The position numbers and the translations under genes are program-made. The notes below the pieces were generated by a model. The model searched no databases, was not told the origin of the DNA, and saw nothing but the letters and a program-made list of their open reading frames with translations. Of a stretch of 64,000 bases of DNA, positions 8,015 through 16,745 are shown in pieces. Source of the DNA: a virus (taxonomy: Duplodnaviria; Caudoviricetes); IMG/VR virus record IMGVR_UViG_3300031867_000035, positions 12,296 to 76,295 of that record, one strand, 5' to 3'. The number at the start of each line of letters is the position of its first letter. The stretch's first letter is position 1.

Positions 8015-9967
8015 TTACTTAATCTTAAAGCCTCTAGCCTTTAAAGCACTTATAGTTGAAGAAGGCTTAAATGCTGTACCTTCCTCATCATCAACGCTAA
8101 CAGCAGCAGAAGCAGAAGTACCAGATGATGAAGCAGGTGACTCAGAAATATCTACAGATACAGAGATATCTTCATCATCTTCAACTTCAGATTCTTCATA
8201 AACGTAAGAAACATTTTTACATACATCAAACAAATCATTATTGAATACAGTTGTATCAAAACCACTGAATAGATACTTCTGAAGAGATTCTATTTCAGCG
8301 GAAAGATTAGTTTGAATAGTCTTCCAAATAGTTTCAGGTGCATTGTCTTCAGAGGAAGTACCTACCTTGACAACATTACCTCTATCAACATTGTTTATGA
8401 TAGTAAACCTAGTAGCTTCTTCAACAGAAGAGAAGTTAAAGATAGTACTAACAAATACATCATAACATCTATTAGGTATCTGAATAGCATAACCTCTATT
8501 CTTTACATTAGTAACTTGACCCTGAGTAATTTGTCTTAACTGTTGATTAACTAAATCAAAATACTTAGTAATCAACTCATCAATCTTAGGGTCAAAGGCT
8601 ACTGTTACATCAGTATCGAAATGTGGTACATACTTACCTGTAACTGGTACAGGAGTTTTCTTATTACCATAAGTCTCTGCCAACCAATCTAGATTTTCTC
8701 TAGTAACAGTATTGACATCTACTCTATCTAAGATAGGAGTTAAAGAAGGATAAGTCTCTTTAACAGACTCGATAAGATTCATTTGATTTTCTATACCAAT
8801 AAATCTTGCAATCTTTAAACCTCTTCTGAAGGCAATCATTTCTTCTTGAGGAGTTTTATCTACTTGGACAAGTAAACGTCTATCCAAGAATGATTCAGGG
8901 AATTCTTGTTCACCGATAGAGCCTGGATTATATGCACATACATACTTTACAGCACGCTCTTTATCGTGAACAAAAGTTGTACCAACCATAATCTTACCTT
9001 CAGATATTAAGGTAGCAAAAGATTTATTATCCAATGAAGCAGCATTATTAACTTCATCTACAAAAACCAGTAAAGGTATTGAATTCATTAAACACTTACA
9101 GAAAATAGTAATAACTTTCATAAGTTCTACCTTTACTGTACCATCCTGTTGAGGTATACCTTCAGGAGTAATTTGAATGATATGCTTAGTAAAAGCTTCT
9201 CTGACATCAGCAGTCCAATAGATAACAGGAATATTATCTATAGGGCAAATATCCTCTAATATCATAGAAGTTTTACCAGAACCTGGTACGCCTGTCATAA
9301 TAGTATCAACGTACTTTCTACTTTCATAGTCAGTATAAAATTGTTGACGAATGTACTCACGTACATCTCGCTTACTATTATTATAAGCTATTTGTAGATT
9401 AAGTTTTGTCTTACAATAATCTTTTTCTGTATCAGAAAGAAGACTAGAGTTCCAGAAGATATCCCAATCAACAGCTTTATATTTAGGAGCGTACTTTCTT
9501 AAAGAGTTATAGTGTTGAGCTTCAACAGTATTAACATCTTTAAATGTAGCAAAATCTAATAAGACATCTTTTAAAGTTCTATCTGTTAAGAATGTATCTG
9601 CCAACATATAAGCAGCTACATCATTAGTTAGAAAGACAGGAGCATTAAACCACTCATAAAGGTTACGTTCAATAACGCAACCCTTAGATTTAATAACAGC
9701 TACACTAAAATCCATATTAGAAACGGTACTAATATGTGCACCAAGAAGAGTTAGTGGAGTACATAACTCTAAAGTATTTACAGAAGTAGAACTCTGAGCT
9801 AATACCTTAAACTCTTCAATATCAGAAATAGATTGAGGCTGATTAGTCACCTCAAAATAACCTATTACAAATGAGAAGTCATTGCTTCCAGATGTACTAG
9901 AAGGAGCTGCTACTAATAAGCACTCCTTACCTGCATAATTAACTAAAAATAATCCGTACTTTTTCAT
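8015..9967 (-). CDS. MoxR/CobS-like AAA+ ATPase with N-terminal extension (650 aa)
   Basis: Start moved to ATG 9967 (gaggaa RBS; the longer ORF overlaps the upstream gene). Walker A GVPGSGKT, Walker B VFVDEVNN, AYNPG...FPESFLDRR sensor/R-finger. Confidence 0.9.
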   Translation of the reverse strand: MKKYGLFLVNYAGKECLLVAAPSSTSGSNDFSFVIGYFEVTNQPQSISDIEEFKVLAQSSTSVNTLELCTPLTLLGAHISTVSNMDFSVAVIKSKGCVIERNLYEWFNAPVFLTNDVAAYMLADTFLTDRTLKDVLLDFATFKDVNTVEAQHYNSLRKYAPKYKAVDWDIFWNSSLLSDTEKDYCKTKLNLQIAYNNSKRDVREYIRQQFYTDYESRKYVDTIMTGVPGSGKTSMILEDICPIDNIPVIYWTADVREAFTKHIIQITPEGIPQQDGTVKVELMKVITIFCKCLMNSIPLLVFVDEVNNAASLDNKSFATLISEGKIMVGTTFVHDKERAVKYVCAYNPGSIGEQEFPESFLDRRLLVQVDKTPQEEMIAFRRGLKIARFIGIENQMNLIESVKETYPSLTPILDRVDVNTVTRENLDWLAETYGNKKTPVPVTGKYVPHFDTDVTVAFDPKIDELITKYFDLVNQQLRQITQGQVTNVKNRGYAIQIPNRCYDVFVSTIFNFSSVEEATRFTIINNVDRGNVVKVGTSSEDNAPETIWKTIQTNLSAEIESLQKYLFSGFDTTVFNNDLFDVCKNVSYVYEESEVEDDEDISVSVDISESPASSSGTSASAAVSVDDEEGTAFKPSSTISALKARGFKIK

Positions 9968-9995
9968 TTTATTTTTCCTCTTTTCTTTCCTTTTT

Positions 9996-11180
9996 TTATT
10001 GTTTATTTGCCTTGAAGGCAGTTGATACAGAAGCTGGTAATTCAGTGATAGAGATATCACCATTCTTAACAGCTTCATCTAATGCTGCACTATTTAAATC
10101 AGCAGCATTAGAAGCAAACCTATACTGTGTAGTAACACCAATTACTTTATCAGTAAGTAAGTCAGGATACTTACTAACTAATTCTTCATTAGTTAGACCT
10201 ACACCATCAATATCCTTACCAGGCTTAACTATCTTTAGTGTTTGTGTACCAACACCTGTGTTAATAGTTAATCCTCCAGGATATTTAGCAGATAAATCCT
10301 CTAGGGATTTATTTATTAACTCTTCAGTTAATCCATTCTCTTTAAGAAGCAATGCTCCAATGGAATTAACTAAAGCTACTGCAGTTAAAACTTCTTCAGG
10401 AGAAGCTTCCTCTAAATGACTTACAACTGCAGCAAACTTATCTAAGATATCCTCAGAAGAACTAACAGGATACTCACAAGAATACTTCGTTCTCTTCTTC
10501 TGAATATCTAAAGATAATAAATTCATATTATCTTCTCCGTTAGAATCCATACCAGCTTCAACAAAATCAAACTGAAGTTGTGAACCTAACTTCTTAGCAG
10601 GAGTAACACAAGGCATTAACCAATCATAAGGTTTACCTTGGTCCATCTGTCCTTCTTTATATAACTTTAAAAGGTTTCGCTTAGAACGAATTGTAGTATT
10701 TCTACAAACACCTTTTAAGTTATCATCAAGAACTCCGAATACATCGGAAGCTTCTTGAACATTTATATTAAAATGTTTCTCACATAATTCAATAGCTACA
10801 TCTAAGTTGATATCATCTTCAGAAGTAATATCAACATTAGAAATAACTAATGATGTATCCGTACCATCATTAACTGTGTAGCTAGTACCAGAAGGAACAT
10901 TAAATGTACCCTTAGCTAACTGGAAAACCATAGACTGAATAGAAGTTAATTCATCAATTAACTCCTTACAGGAAATTGGAAGCTTCTCAAGAATATCCTT
11001 ATATTCAGGAGTTAAGAAAGGACGATACATTTCCTGAGAAATGAAAGCCTCTCTAGCGGAAGAGTCAAGATTCTGTGCATCTGCTGAAGCCTCAGCGGAA
11101 GTAAGAGCGTTTGCTAAATCAGTGTTGATTTTTGCTGCAGCGGAACGAATAGATTTTAAAGTACCAAATGTTTTTGTCAT
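9996..11180 (-). CDS. Hypothetical protein (394 aa)
   Basis: RBS gaggtg; long ORF in operon; no motif recognised. Confidence 0.8.
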   Translation of the reverse strand: MTKTFGTLKSIRSAAAKINTDLANALTSAEASADAQNLDSSAREAFISQEMYRPFLTPEYKDILEKLPISCKELIDELTSIQSMVFQLAKGTFNVPSGTSYTVNDGTDTSLVISNVDITSEDDINLDVAIELCEKHFNINVQEASDVFGVLDDNLKGVCRNTTIRSKRNLLKLYKEGQMDQGKPYDWLMPCVTPAKKLGSQLQFDFVEAGMDSNGEDNMNLLSLDIQKKRTKYSCEYPVSSSEDILDKFAAVVSHLEEASPEEVLTAVALVNSIGALLLKENGLTEELINKSLEDLSAKYPGGLTINTGVGTQTLKIVKPGKDIDGVGLTNEELVSKYPDLLTDKVIGVTTQYRFASNAADLNSAALDEAVKNGDISITELPASVSTAFKANKQ

Positions 11181-11369
11181 AATAACACCTCGTAAAAAGC
11201 TCTAGTATATTCTTTCATTATATACTAGGCAAAATAAAAAAAGTGATACGTCTAATCATTCAGGAAAACCCAATCGTGTGGGGGGATAGAGTGTATCAAA
11301 CTCACCATATAATAAAAAACACAAGCCTTTCACCTTGCTCGAGTTTTACAACTGTCGAAATAATAAAAA

Positions 11370-11780
11370 CTACTTAGGGTAATATTTGTTTACCAAAGAT
11401 TTATATTTAGCTCTTTGATTAAACATAAAATCTTTTTGAGCTTTAGAGCACTCGGCTTTCTCGAAAGTATAACCGTTCTCAGTTACAGAGAACCAATTAA
11501 ACTTATCAAGCCAAGCTATTAACTTGTTACCTTTATCTCTTAACTCTTTAGCGAGAGAGTCAAGAGATTTTATCTCATCATAACAATGATAAGGAAGGTA
11601 ACAATCAGCAATAGGAAAATCACAAGACTCAACATACGCCTTAGCCTTAGCATAATTTTCCTTTGCTGCAGGTATTAAACTTTTTATTTTTAGTTTAATA
11701 GCTGTAGCTTCTTTTATTAAAGCCCAAGCTATTTTATAATTAGGACCTTTAGAAATATAAAACTTCTCCACATCAATCAC
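11370..11780 (-). CDS. Hypothetical protein (GTG start; 11771 is a plausible alternative)
   Basis: ORF track; aggagg RBS. Confidence 0.7.
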   Translation of the reverse strand: MIDVEKFYISKGPNYKIAWALIKEATAIKLKIKSLIPAAKENYAKAKAYVESCDFPIADCYLPYHCYDEIKSLDSLAKELRDKGNKLIAWLDKFNWFSVTENGYTFEKAECSKAQKDFMFNQRAKYKSLVNKYYPK

Positions 11781-12087
11781 CTCCTTTCAAATAATCTCTT
11801 GAAAGAGTAACAACAATAGGATTGTGTCCTTTATCTCCGAAACCAAGAGCTCTTAGAGTATTGTAATCAACCCACTCTTGAGCTTCTTCTTCAGAGCAAT
11901 TTTCATCTTCCATAAACTCTTGAATCATTGATTCATAAGAATATACTGCACGTCCATCTAATGCAGTTAAACCAATAATAGACTTATCATAAGAATGATT
12001 AGTGAAAAGACGAGGCTGGTCCTCTTCAGGAATACCCTCCTCTTTTAACATAGCAGCAACAGTTTTTCTAAATTCTTTATCTAACAT
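11773..12087 (-). CDS. Hypothetical phage protein
   Basis: RBS aaggag; SIIGL...AVYSYESMI...EEAQEWVDYNT resembles a small-phage-protein pattern; function unknown. Confidence 0.75.
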   Translation of the reverse strand: MLDKEFRKTVAAMLKEEGIPEEDQPRLFTNHSYDKSIIGLTALDGRAVYSYESMIQEFMEDENCSEEEAQEWVDYNTLRALGFGDKGHNPIVVTLSRDYLKGGD

Positions 12088-12100
12088 TTCAGTGTTCTCC

Positions 12101-12454
12101 TTAATATTTTATTCCTAATAAATTAAATACATATTCTAAGGCGGCATTATAGCCTTCCTCAAAATCAGTTGAAACTTCTTCTCCGACTAAAGCTTCGTGA
12201 TTCTTTAATTCATCTATAGTATATTTATTAGATTCATACAAATCTAATAAAAGCTTCTTCTCTTTATCAAAGAGAATAACATTTAAATCCTCAGCTTTTT
12301 CCTCAGGATAATAAGTGATATCAATATCAATTAAATCCTCAGGATTATTTAAGATGATAGTTTCAAGTTCATCCTTTACAGTCTCAAGAGCAGACTCTAA
12401 AGTCTTTCTTTTAATTCCACTAGAAGCATTAGAAGTAATATAAAATTTTTCCAT
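12101..12454 (-). CDS. Hypothetical acidic protein
   Basis: RBS aaggag; packed ORF. Confidence 0.75.
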   Translation of the reverse strand: MEKFYITSNASSGIKRKTLESALETVKDELETIILNNPEDLIDIDITYYPEEKAEDLNVILFDKEKKLLLDLYESNKYTIDELKNHEALVGEEVSTDFEEGYNAALEYVFNLLGIKY

Positions 12455-12456
12455 AA

Positions 12457-12723
12457 TCAGTTTTCTCCTTTTAAAATTTTTTCATTAAAAGCATATCTAT
12501 TACCTTGTGGTTCATTCTTATGAACACACACATAAGAAATACAATCACAAGAAACAAAAAGACTTTTAATAATTAATTCAATATCTTTATAATAAACTGT
12601 TTGACCAATTTTAAATTTAGCATCAGAGGTTGCAAAACAACACTTGTTACCATAATCAATATCAAATTTATAATGGTTACAGTTTTTACAAGAACCTTTA
12701 GGCTTATAACAAATAATAGCCAT
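12457..12723 (-). CDS. Hypothetical protein with Cys cluster (CKNCNH...CC)
   Basis: Start moved to ATG 12723 behind aggagg. Confidence 0.7.
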   Translation of the reverse strand: MAIICYKPKGSCKNCNHYKFDIDYGNKCCFATSDAKFKIGQTVYYKDIELIIKSLFVSCDCISYVCVHKNEPQGNRYAFNEKILKGEN

Positions 12724-12724
12724 A

Positions 12725-12994
12725 CTAATCAAAGTCCTCCTTAAAAATAATTCTTTCAACAATAAATTTAGATTGACCACTATTACCAGGTAATAGCATA
12801 CCTTTTAAAGAAACGAATTGGCCTACCCCAATATGAGATAAAACATCAAACAAAAAAGGTTCGCTAAGAAAACCTGTAAGAAAATAAGTATCAGAGAAAC
12901 CATCAATGTTCTCAAAAGGATTAGTTAATCCAAGAACAACTTGAGATTCATTGAAAGAAATAATTTTTCCTATAAGCATAACGTAGTTATACAT
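12725..12994 (-). CDS. ssb: Short SSB-like OB-fold protein lacking acidic tail
   Basis: MYNYVMLIGKI...LGLTNPF...DTYF...GQFVSLKGML...FIVERIIF parallels the SSB pattern (N-x-V-x-L-x-G-R...TDF...KG-x-x-V-x-V-x-G-R-L...V-x-A-E-x-V-x-F); start at ATG 12994 behind ggagg. Confidence 0.55.
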   Translation of the reverse strand: MYNYVMLIGKIISFNESQVVLGLTNPFENIDGFSDTYFLTGFLSEPFLFDVLSHIGVGQFVSLKGMLLPGNSGQSKFIVERIIFKEDFD

Positions 12995-12995
12995 A

Positions 12996-13292
12996 CTATT
13001 CACCTCCTTTCAAAATAGATGTAGGATTTAAAAGAACAAAGTCTTTAAACTTTGTATCTTTTAGATTGAATAGCTCATCTACAAGGCTGTCTTCAGCCTT
13101 GTAATAAGCTTCATCTTTTAAATCACTTGAGTCTAATAATTCAGCAGCAAGCTTTCTTATTAAACACAAGTCAATCTCACAAATCTCGCAAGCTTCGTTG
13201 CAAGTCTGTTCATAAAGACATCCTGCACAAGTAATATCGTGAATATTAACATCAGGATATAAACTTAAATCGATTCCAAATCTATTCTTCAT
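12996..13292 (-). CDS. Hypothetical protein with Cys cluster (CAGC...C...C..C...C)
   Basis: Start moved to ATG 13292; probable metal binding. Confidence 0.7.
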   Translation of the reverse strand: MKNRFGIDLSLYPDVNIHDITCAGCLYEQTCNEACEICEIDLCLIRKLAAELLDSSDLKDEAYYKAEDSLVDELFNLKDTKFKDFVLLNPTSILKGGE

Positions 13293-13293
13293 A

Positions 13294-13659
13294 CTATTCT
13301 TTCTCCTCATTTAACTTAATTTCTAACAAAAATTTTATCTGTTCTTCTTGTTGAAGCAAAACTTGTTCAATAGTATCTAACATACTACTATAAATTACAC
13401 CTAAATTACTTCTTAATTCTTCTAAACTTTTTAATGCCTCATTAAGATTAGGGTTAAAATTACAACTTAATCTAATAATAGAAAAGGCGTAAGAGTTAGT
13501 AAGCTTATGTAAATAACAAGAAGAAGTACGTGCTGCAGTATCACCAATATGATACCACACGAAACAATCTCCATTGTCACACACTCTTTTAACAATACCT
13601 AACTCAAAACAATCTTCGTTCTGATAAAGAACTACTTCACCTTCAACAAACTTTTCCAT
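13294..13659 (-). CDS. Hypothetical protein (SH3/KOW-like N-terminus, coiled-coil C-terminus)
   Basis: FVEGEVVLY...ELGIVKRV...CFVWY; shared RBS cassette. Confidence 0.7.
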   Translation of the reverse strand: MEKFVEGEVVLYQNEDCFELGIVKRVCDNGDCFVWYHIGDTAARTSSCYLHKLTNSYAFSIIRLSCNFNPNLNEALKSLEELRSNLGVIYSSMLDTIEQVLLQQEEQIKFLLEIKLNEEKE

Positions 13660-13672
13660 ATTATCTTTCTCC

Positions 13673-13978
13673 TTACCAATTAATTTCTATAATATCAGGC
13701 TCATTCCAAGAATAACCTTCATCTCTAGTAATACATTGAATAATTTCAATCTTAGAAGTATCTTTATAATCTTCAAAGTACTTATGATATAACTTATTTA
13801 TAATAGGGTTATCAAAAGTCTCTTCTTCTGTATAAGAATAATTCCAAATTAGTTCAGCCACTTGTTCAATCTTCTCCATTATTTCAGGCTTAGCTGTTGA
13901 ACAAATTAAAAAACTTAAATCTGAATTATCACCTGTATAAGTATCAATAAAATGATATAAATACTCTTTCTTCTCCAT
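13673..13978 (-). CDS. Hypothetical protein
   Basis: Start moved to ATG 13978 (MEKKEYL) behind the shared RBS cassette. Confidence 0.75.
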   Translation of the reverse strand: MEKKEYLYHFIDTYTGDNSDLSFLICSTAKPEIMEKIEQVAELIWNYSYTEEETFDNPIINKLYHKYFEDYKDTSKIEIIQCITRDEGYSWNEPDIIEINW

Positions 13979-13979
13979 A

Positions 13980-14207
13980 TTATCTTTCTCCTTTAGCTTC
14001 TTTAATAAGTCTATACAATCTACCAGGGATGACAAACTTTTCATCACAAGCATCACAACATCTAGCATCTATGTTAAAGATAGGTTCACAAACGTTGCCG
14101 TTTGCATCCTTCCACATAGCGCCAGCTGGATTGTTACCAAAATAATTAGGACAACCTTCCTTAACGATAGGCTGTCCGCAAATACAACATAATAATTTCT
14201 TTTCCAT
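13980..14207 (-). CDS. Small Zn-finger-like protein, paralog A
   Basis: CCICG...GNNP.GAM...CCDAC...VIPGR. Confidence 0.8.
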   Translation of the reverse strand: MEKKLLCCICGQPIVKEGCPNYFGNNPAGAMWKDANGNVCEPIFNIDARCCDACDEKFVIPGRLYRLIKEAKGER

Positions 14208-14208
14208 A

Positions 14209-14421
14209 TTATCTTTCTCCTTTTGTATTCTTTATTAGTCTATAAATTCTACCAGGAATAACGAAAGCTTCGTTGCAAGCATCGCAACATCTTTCATCTT
14301 CCTTAAAAGTAGGAGTGCAAAGTCTATTAAATAAATCATAGTACATTGCACCTTCAGGATTATTACCATAACCCTCAATGTACGCACCACAAATACAACA
14401 AATTAATTTCTTAGTTTCCAT
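14209..14421 (-). CDS. Small Zn-finger-like protein, paralog B
   Basis: CCICG...GNNP.GAM...CCDAC...VIPGR; same KGER C-terminus as paralog A. Confidence 0.8.
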   Translation of the reverse strand: METKKLICCICGAYIEGYGNNPEGAMYYDLFNRLCTPTFKEDERCCDACNEAFVIPGRIYRLIKNTKGER

Positions 14422-14433
14422 TTCTTTTTCTCC

Positions 14434-14757
14434 TTAATAATTTAAATTAAATATTTTTAATACTATAGCTAAAGCTGCTGAGTTACATTCTCTTAAATCT
14501 TTAAGAGTTAATTTATACTCAGGGGTTCTGTAGCCATAGCCACAGTCCTGATATAAATCAACAACAATATTAGCAAGAAGTTGAATGTAACCATTATTAA
14601 AGTCACTATAAATTATGCTAGTGAATGCACATAATAAATCAAAAACCTTATCTGAAACAGGTTTAGATAAGGCAGAATCAATAGCTAATAAGACTTGACA
14701 ATCCATATTGTCAACATCATTAGCCTTTAATAAGTCTCTTACAAAACTATATCGCAT
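14434..14757 (-). CDS. Hypothetical protein
   Basis: RBS ggaggtg; packed ORF. Confidence 0.7.
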   Translation of the reverse strand: MRYSFVRDLLKANDVDNMDCQVLLAIDSALSKPVSDKVFDLLCAFTSIIYSDFNNGYIQLLANIVVDLYQDCGYGYRTPEYKLTLKDLRECNSAALAIVLKIFNLNY

Positions 14758-14758
14758 A

Positions 14759-15280
14759 CTATTTCACCTCCTTTCCTTGAGGATTTTCAAATGTGTAATG
14801 ATTTAAACACTCGATGCTAACATACTTCTTGTATAGCTCGATGTTACAATTACACATTAAGAAGATAGCCTCTGCTTCATACTGGCCATTATCATAGAAC
14901 AAACTATGAAGACTGACCATAGTTCCGCAGAAGCTATTGTTTCTGAATCTGTTGTAATCAGCATCATAACTAAGGCTGACTTTATTGTCAGCTATAGTAT
15001 GAGCAGATTGACAACACTTAAATCTCTTACAGATTTCAGGTCTAACAGGATAAATGCTGCAATGCTTGCAACTATCCTTAACAAAAAATGGACAACGATT
15101 ATCAAACTCGCCATCAGAAATATAAATGTTCTCTTGGATATTATGCTTCTTAATGTAAGCCTTAATATTCTTAACCTCACGCTTAGTAAGAGGTATAAAA
15201 TCAACACAGCATTCTCCACAGTTGGAGCATTTATTACCAATACAACTGTTGATAATGCTTAAAATTGTTTCATCTTTCAT
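14759..15280 (-). CDS. YkgJ/UPF0153-like (CxxCxxCC) Zn/Fe-chelating protein
   Basis: KCSNCGECC...RCPFF...CSIYPVRPEICKRF; start moved to ATG 15280 behind aaggagaagg. Confidence 0.85.
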   Translation of the reverse strand: MKDETILSIINSCIGNKCSNCGECCVDFIPLTKREVKNIKAYIKKHNIQENIYISDGEFDNRCPFFVKDSCKHCSIYPVRPEICKRFKCCQSAHTIADNKVSLSYDADYNRFRNNSFCGTMVSLHSLFYDNGQYEAEAIFLMCNCNIELYKKYVSIECLNHYTFENPQGKEVK

Positions 15281-15296
15281 TTTAAAAACCTTCTCC

Positions 15297-15674
15297 TTAT
15301 TGTACAATATTTTCTTTATTCTTCTCAAAGAACTCTTCGAATTCATCGAATGAAGAATCATCTTCTTCGTCCAAATTCAAATCATCTTTGATAGAAGCAA
15401 GAACTTCTTCAAACTTTTCAGCTGCCTCAGGATTTTTAAGGTGCAAACAAATGTCAATAACGCAACCTAAAAAATTAAAGCCTATGTTCTTCTCTAAGGT
15501 AGAGAATAAAATTGCATAAGCTTTACAAACAGTGAAACAAGCCTCGCTTGTATCGTCAAGCAAAGAGTTAATGTTAAAGAATGTCTCAGTGTTAGCCTGA
15601 GCTATTCCTTTAACAAGGTCATCTAATGTAAGACCAGTAGTCTTTTCAAAATCTTTTAAAGTTTTCTTTTCCAT
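15297..15674 (-). CDS. Hypothetical protein with acidic C-terminus
   Basis: RBS gagagg; packed ORF. Confidence 0.75.
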   Translation of the reverse strand: MEKKTLKDFEKTTGLTLDDLVKGIAQANTETFFNINSLLDDTSEACFTVCKAYAILFSTLEKNIGFNFLGCVIDICLHLKNPEAAEKFEEVLASIKDDLNLDEEDDSSFDEFEEFFEKNKENIVQ

Positions 15675-15678
15675 ATTA

Positions 15679-16722
15679 TTATTCCTCTCTTTTTGTATAG
15701 TTTAAAACTTCTTCTTCAGTTTTAAAGAAGTGAATACCTGATGCACACTCTACATTATACATCAGGTCAAAATTATCTACCTCAATAGTTTTATCAACTT
15801 CATAAATAAATGTATCATCAAAAAATGAAGTAGCCTTTTTATAATTTTGTTTACCATCAAGACTAGTAATACTAATTACCTTAGCCTTATTAGTTCGACA
15901 TTTCGAATTGTTAATCGAAAAAACAATAGCTCCTTTAGGAATGCGAAGCTTGACAATCAAATTATTCTTGCAAAATTTATATCCTATTAAAGATTTCTTT
16001 AGGATTACACCTAAACGAATCTTTTCCTTTTCATCAAGAATAGTAGTGTTTAAATTAGCATTATCAAATTCTACTCCATTTAAATATGTGTGACTTAAAT
16101 TTGCATAACTTAAATTTGCATAATTTAAATTTACACTTCTTAAAAATGCATAACTTAAGTCTGCGTTAGTTAAAACAGCACTAGATAAATCAGTATGAAC
16201 TAACTTAGCGAAATTTAAATCTACTTTATATAAACAAATATCAGGCGCAGTAACAAATCTAAAATCTACACCATATAAATTTGCTTCTGTTAAATCAGCA
16301 CCAGATAAATTACAGCTTCTTAACTGTGCGTTTATTAAACAAGCAAAAGATAAATCTGCGTCAACGAGAACTACATTGTATAAACGTGCACCTTCTAAAT
16401 TAATACCACATAACTTTGCATTGTTAAACCTTATATCAGGTAACTCATCAGGTAATTCTGATTGACGCAAATCAGCATTAGTAAAATTAACAGCAGTTAA
16501 AGTTGCAAGTAAATTAGAATGATATAAAATAGCATCTCTAAATTTAGCGCTAGTTAAATTAGCATTACTAAAATTAGCATAACTTAAATCTAAATTACTA
16601 AAATCAGCATTAGATAAATCTAAACCACTGAAGTCAGCACACTTACCTTTTGAATGGTCAGCTAACCACTTCTTATGGTCAGCTAAAATCTTTTTAATTT
16701 CTTTCTTTGTAATTTTTTTCAT
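15679..16722 (-). CDS. Pentapeptide-repeat protein 1 with C-terminal DUF5758-like domain
   Basis: A[DN]L[ST]x repeats; GYKFC...IVKLRIPKGA...KCRT...ECASGIHFF. Confidence 0.9.
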   Translation of the reverse strand: MKKITKKEIKKILADHKKWLADHSKGKCADFSGLDLSNADFSNLDLSYANFSNANLTSAKFRDAILYHSNLLATLTAVNFTNADLRQSELPDELPDIRFNNAKLCGINLEGARLYNVVLVDADLSFACLINAQLRSCNLSGADLTEANLYGVDFRFVTAPDICLYKVDLNFAKLVHTDLSSAVLTNADLSYAFLRSVNLNYANLSYANLSHTYLNGVEFDNANLNTTILDEKEKIRLGVILKKSLIGYKFCKNNLIVKLRIPKGAIVFSINNSKCRTNKAKVISITSLDGKQNYKKATSFFDDTFIYEVDKTIEVDNFDLMYNVECASGIHFFKTEEEVLNYTKREE

Positions 16723-16745
16723 AATAATTTTCCTCTCTTTTTATT

